Shown: in pieces, positions 62,288 to 64,000 of the stretch
How positions within the stretch are numbered: the first letter of the stretch is position 1
Layout of the letters: each line of letters begins with the position of its first letter
Assembly: GCA_028534125.1 (NCBI GenBank)
Contig: CM052817.1
Span: 20,648,001 to 20,712,000 of the forward strand
Direction of reading: 5' to 3'
DNA length: 64,000 nucleotides
From: Lama glama
Taxonomy: Eukaryota
Position numbers and translations under genes: made by a program
The notes under the pieces: generated by a model
What the model was told of the DNA's origin: nothing
The model's input: the letters and a program-made list of their open reading frames with translations, nothing else
Databases searched by the model: none

Positions 62288-63160
62288 ATTATTATTTTTT
62301 TAAATTAAGTATTGTCAGTTTACAATGTGTCATTTTCTGGTGTGCAACATAATGTTTCAGTCATAGGTATACATACATACATTCATTTCATATTCCTTTC
62401 ATTATAAGTTATGACCAGATATTGAATATAGTTCCCCATGCTACACAGTAGAAACTTGTTGCTTATCTATTTTATATATAGTAGTTAATATTTGCAAATC
62501 ACAAACTCCCAATTTATCCCTTCCCACCCCCTTTCCTCCAGTAACCATAAGATTGTTTACTATGTCTGTGAGTCTGTTTCTGTTTTGTAGGTGAATTCAT
62601 TAGTGTCTTCTTTTTTTCTTATTTTTACATTCCACCTATGAGTGGTATCATGTGGTATTTTTCTTTCTCTTTTTGGCTTAGTTTACTTAGAGTGATGATC
62701 TTCAAAGTCATCCATGTTGCTGCAAATGGCATTATTGTATTGTTTTTTATGACTGGGTAGTATTCCATTGTCTAGATACACCACAGCTTCTTTATCCAAT
62801 CATCTGTTGGTGGACATTTAGGTTGTTTCCATGTCTTGGCTTTTTGTATATAGTGCTGCTATGAACACTGGGGTGCATGTATATTTTCAAATTGGAGTTC
62901 CCTCCTGATATATGCCCAGGAGCAGGATTGCTGGATTGTATGGTAAGCCTATTTTTAGTTTTTTGAGGAATCTCCATATTGTTTTCCATAATGGCTGCAC
63001 CAAACTGCATTTCCACCAACAATGTAGGAGGGTTCCCTTTTCTCCACACCCTCGCCAGCATTTATTGTTTGTTGACTTTTAAATTATGGCCATTCTGACT
63101 GGTGTGAGGTAGTATCTCATTGTGGTTTTGATATGCATTTCTCTGATAATTAGTGATATT
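62288..63160 (-). mobile_element. L1 fragment (ORF2 3' end plus 3'UTR), antisense
   Basis: catccatgttgctgcaaatggcatt...ggacatttaggttgtttccatgtcttggct...ttttgaggaatctccatattgttttccataatggctgcacc...ggccattctgactggtgtgaggtagtatctcattgtggttttg. Confidence 0.93.
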
Positions 63161-64000
63161 CAGTGGTGATGCTACTCCTTACTTTCCCACTGAAGCTGTG
63201 ATTTAAACCACATAGAGATGAATTAAGAGTTCCAGTCAGATCACAATCCTCAGGATCATTTCTCCCCATCCAGTTCCTACATTTTGTTGTCTTAGTACTT
63301 TTGCTGCCATATTGTTTTTTTAGTTTGGCTTTAAGCCATAAAAATATTGATAGTTTTTGCCTCGAAGTTGCTCTTTAAGAGTATTAAACCTTGGGAACAT
63401 GTCCACAAAGCTACTCAACTTGGTGGGGTATGGCTCATTAAAGTGAAGACTAAATTCATTGTCTTAATTGAACTTTAAAGTCTTTGCTTCTTTTTTCTTT
63501 TTCTTTTTTTTTTCCCTCAAAAGGAAGAAATAAAATCAGCAACAAGAAAAACTCTGGCTCAAAAACTGTCAACACCTTCTATGTGCTGAAAAGGTGTGGC
63601 AAGGTGCCTTTGCAAATAACCACTTGTTTTTCTTTCCACACAACTTCCCTTTTTATCATTGCATTGACTACCTTGCGATAACTAAGAGATAATACCTTTG
63701 AGACATTATCCGTAATAATCTGAGTTTACAAAAATTTTGTTTTGAGATCCACTCACATTCTTTGGCTTCCTATGGATTTAGCTCCATCTGGGCATGGTTC
63801 CAGAACTGATTATTATTATTTTTTAAGGCTCATATTTGCTTGCTAAAAAAATTTACATACCTTAAAATATTTTTAACATCTCCTTTTCTGTAAAGCAACT
63901 TGCAAATTAATTTTTTGTAGAGACTATTATATAAGCAAAATATAAATATAATAGCTACTATGATAAAAGAAACTATCTTTTAATCAATAGATCAAATATA

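Noticed and set aside
62792..63061. 89-aa [30 protein letters not shown]...
   Set aside because: Out-of-frame translation of a decayed L1 ORF2 3' end, not a gene. The same applies to ORFs at 25794-26066 and 50273-50503.
1..64000. CRISPR arrays, operons, tRNA/rRNA genes or other prokaryote-type systems
   Set aside because: No repeat-spacer arrays, dense ORFs or structural RNA genes were seen. The sequence is mammalian intron, UTR and intergenic DNA.

Overview
This window is AT-rich, CpG-depleted eutherian genomic DNA, not prokaryotic. It has three fixed-size 500-N scaffold gaps. The only coding sequence I can support is the last coding exon of protocadherin-7 (PCDH7, + strand, 36316-36692), which encodes the delta-protocadherin CM2 motif and the C-terminus ...RREVYL. 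A ~3.9-kb 3'UTR follows, with a likely distal polyA signal at 40586. Sequence upstream is best read as the distal part of the very large last PCDH7 intron, and sequence after ~40.7 kb as 3' flank. The rest is ancient and lineage-specific interspersed repeats (L1, L2, MIR, MLT1, ERV1-type solo LTRs, hAT/Tigger MITEs), microsatellites and candidate cis-elements. The L1 3' ends and the lack of recognisable lineage SINEs tentatively suggest a camelid-like laurasiatherian. I did not find a convincing novel biological system. The best leads are: a dual-frame splice acceptor on the PCDH7 terminal exon; a compact CPE-Pumilio-hexamer module at the 3' end; a 15-bp-periodic MEF2 site array; a nested long hairpin at 24.6 kb; a G-quadruplex near the acceptor; duplicated antisense AG|GT (recursive-splice-like) motifs; and a perfect 96-bp tandem duplication just past the gene end. 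Repeat family names and comparisons with human PCDH7 come from memory of consensus sequences, not from searches.
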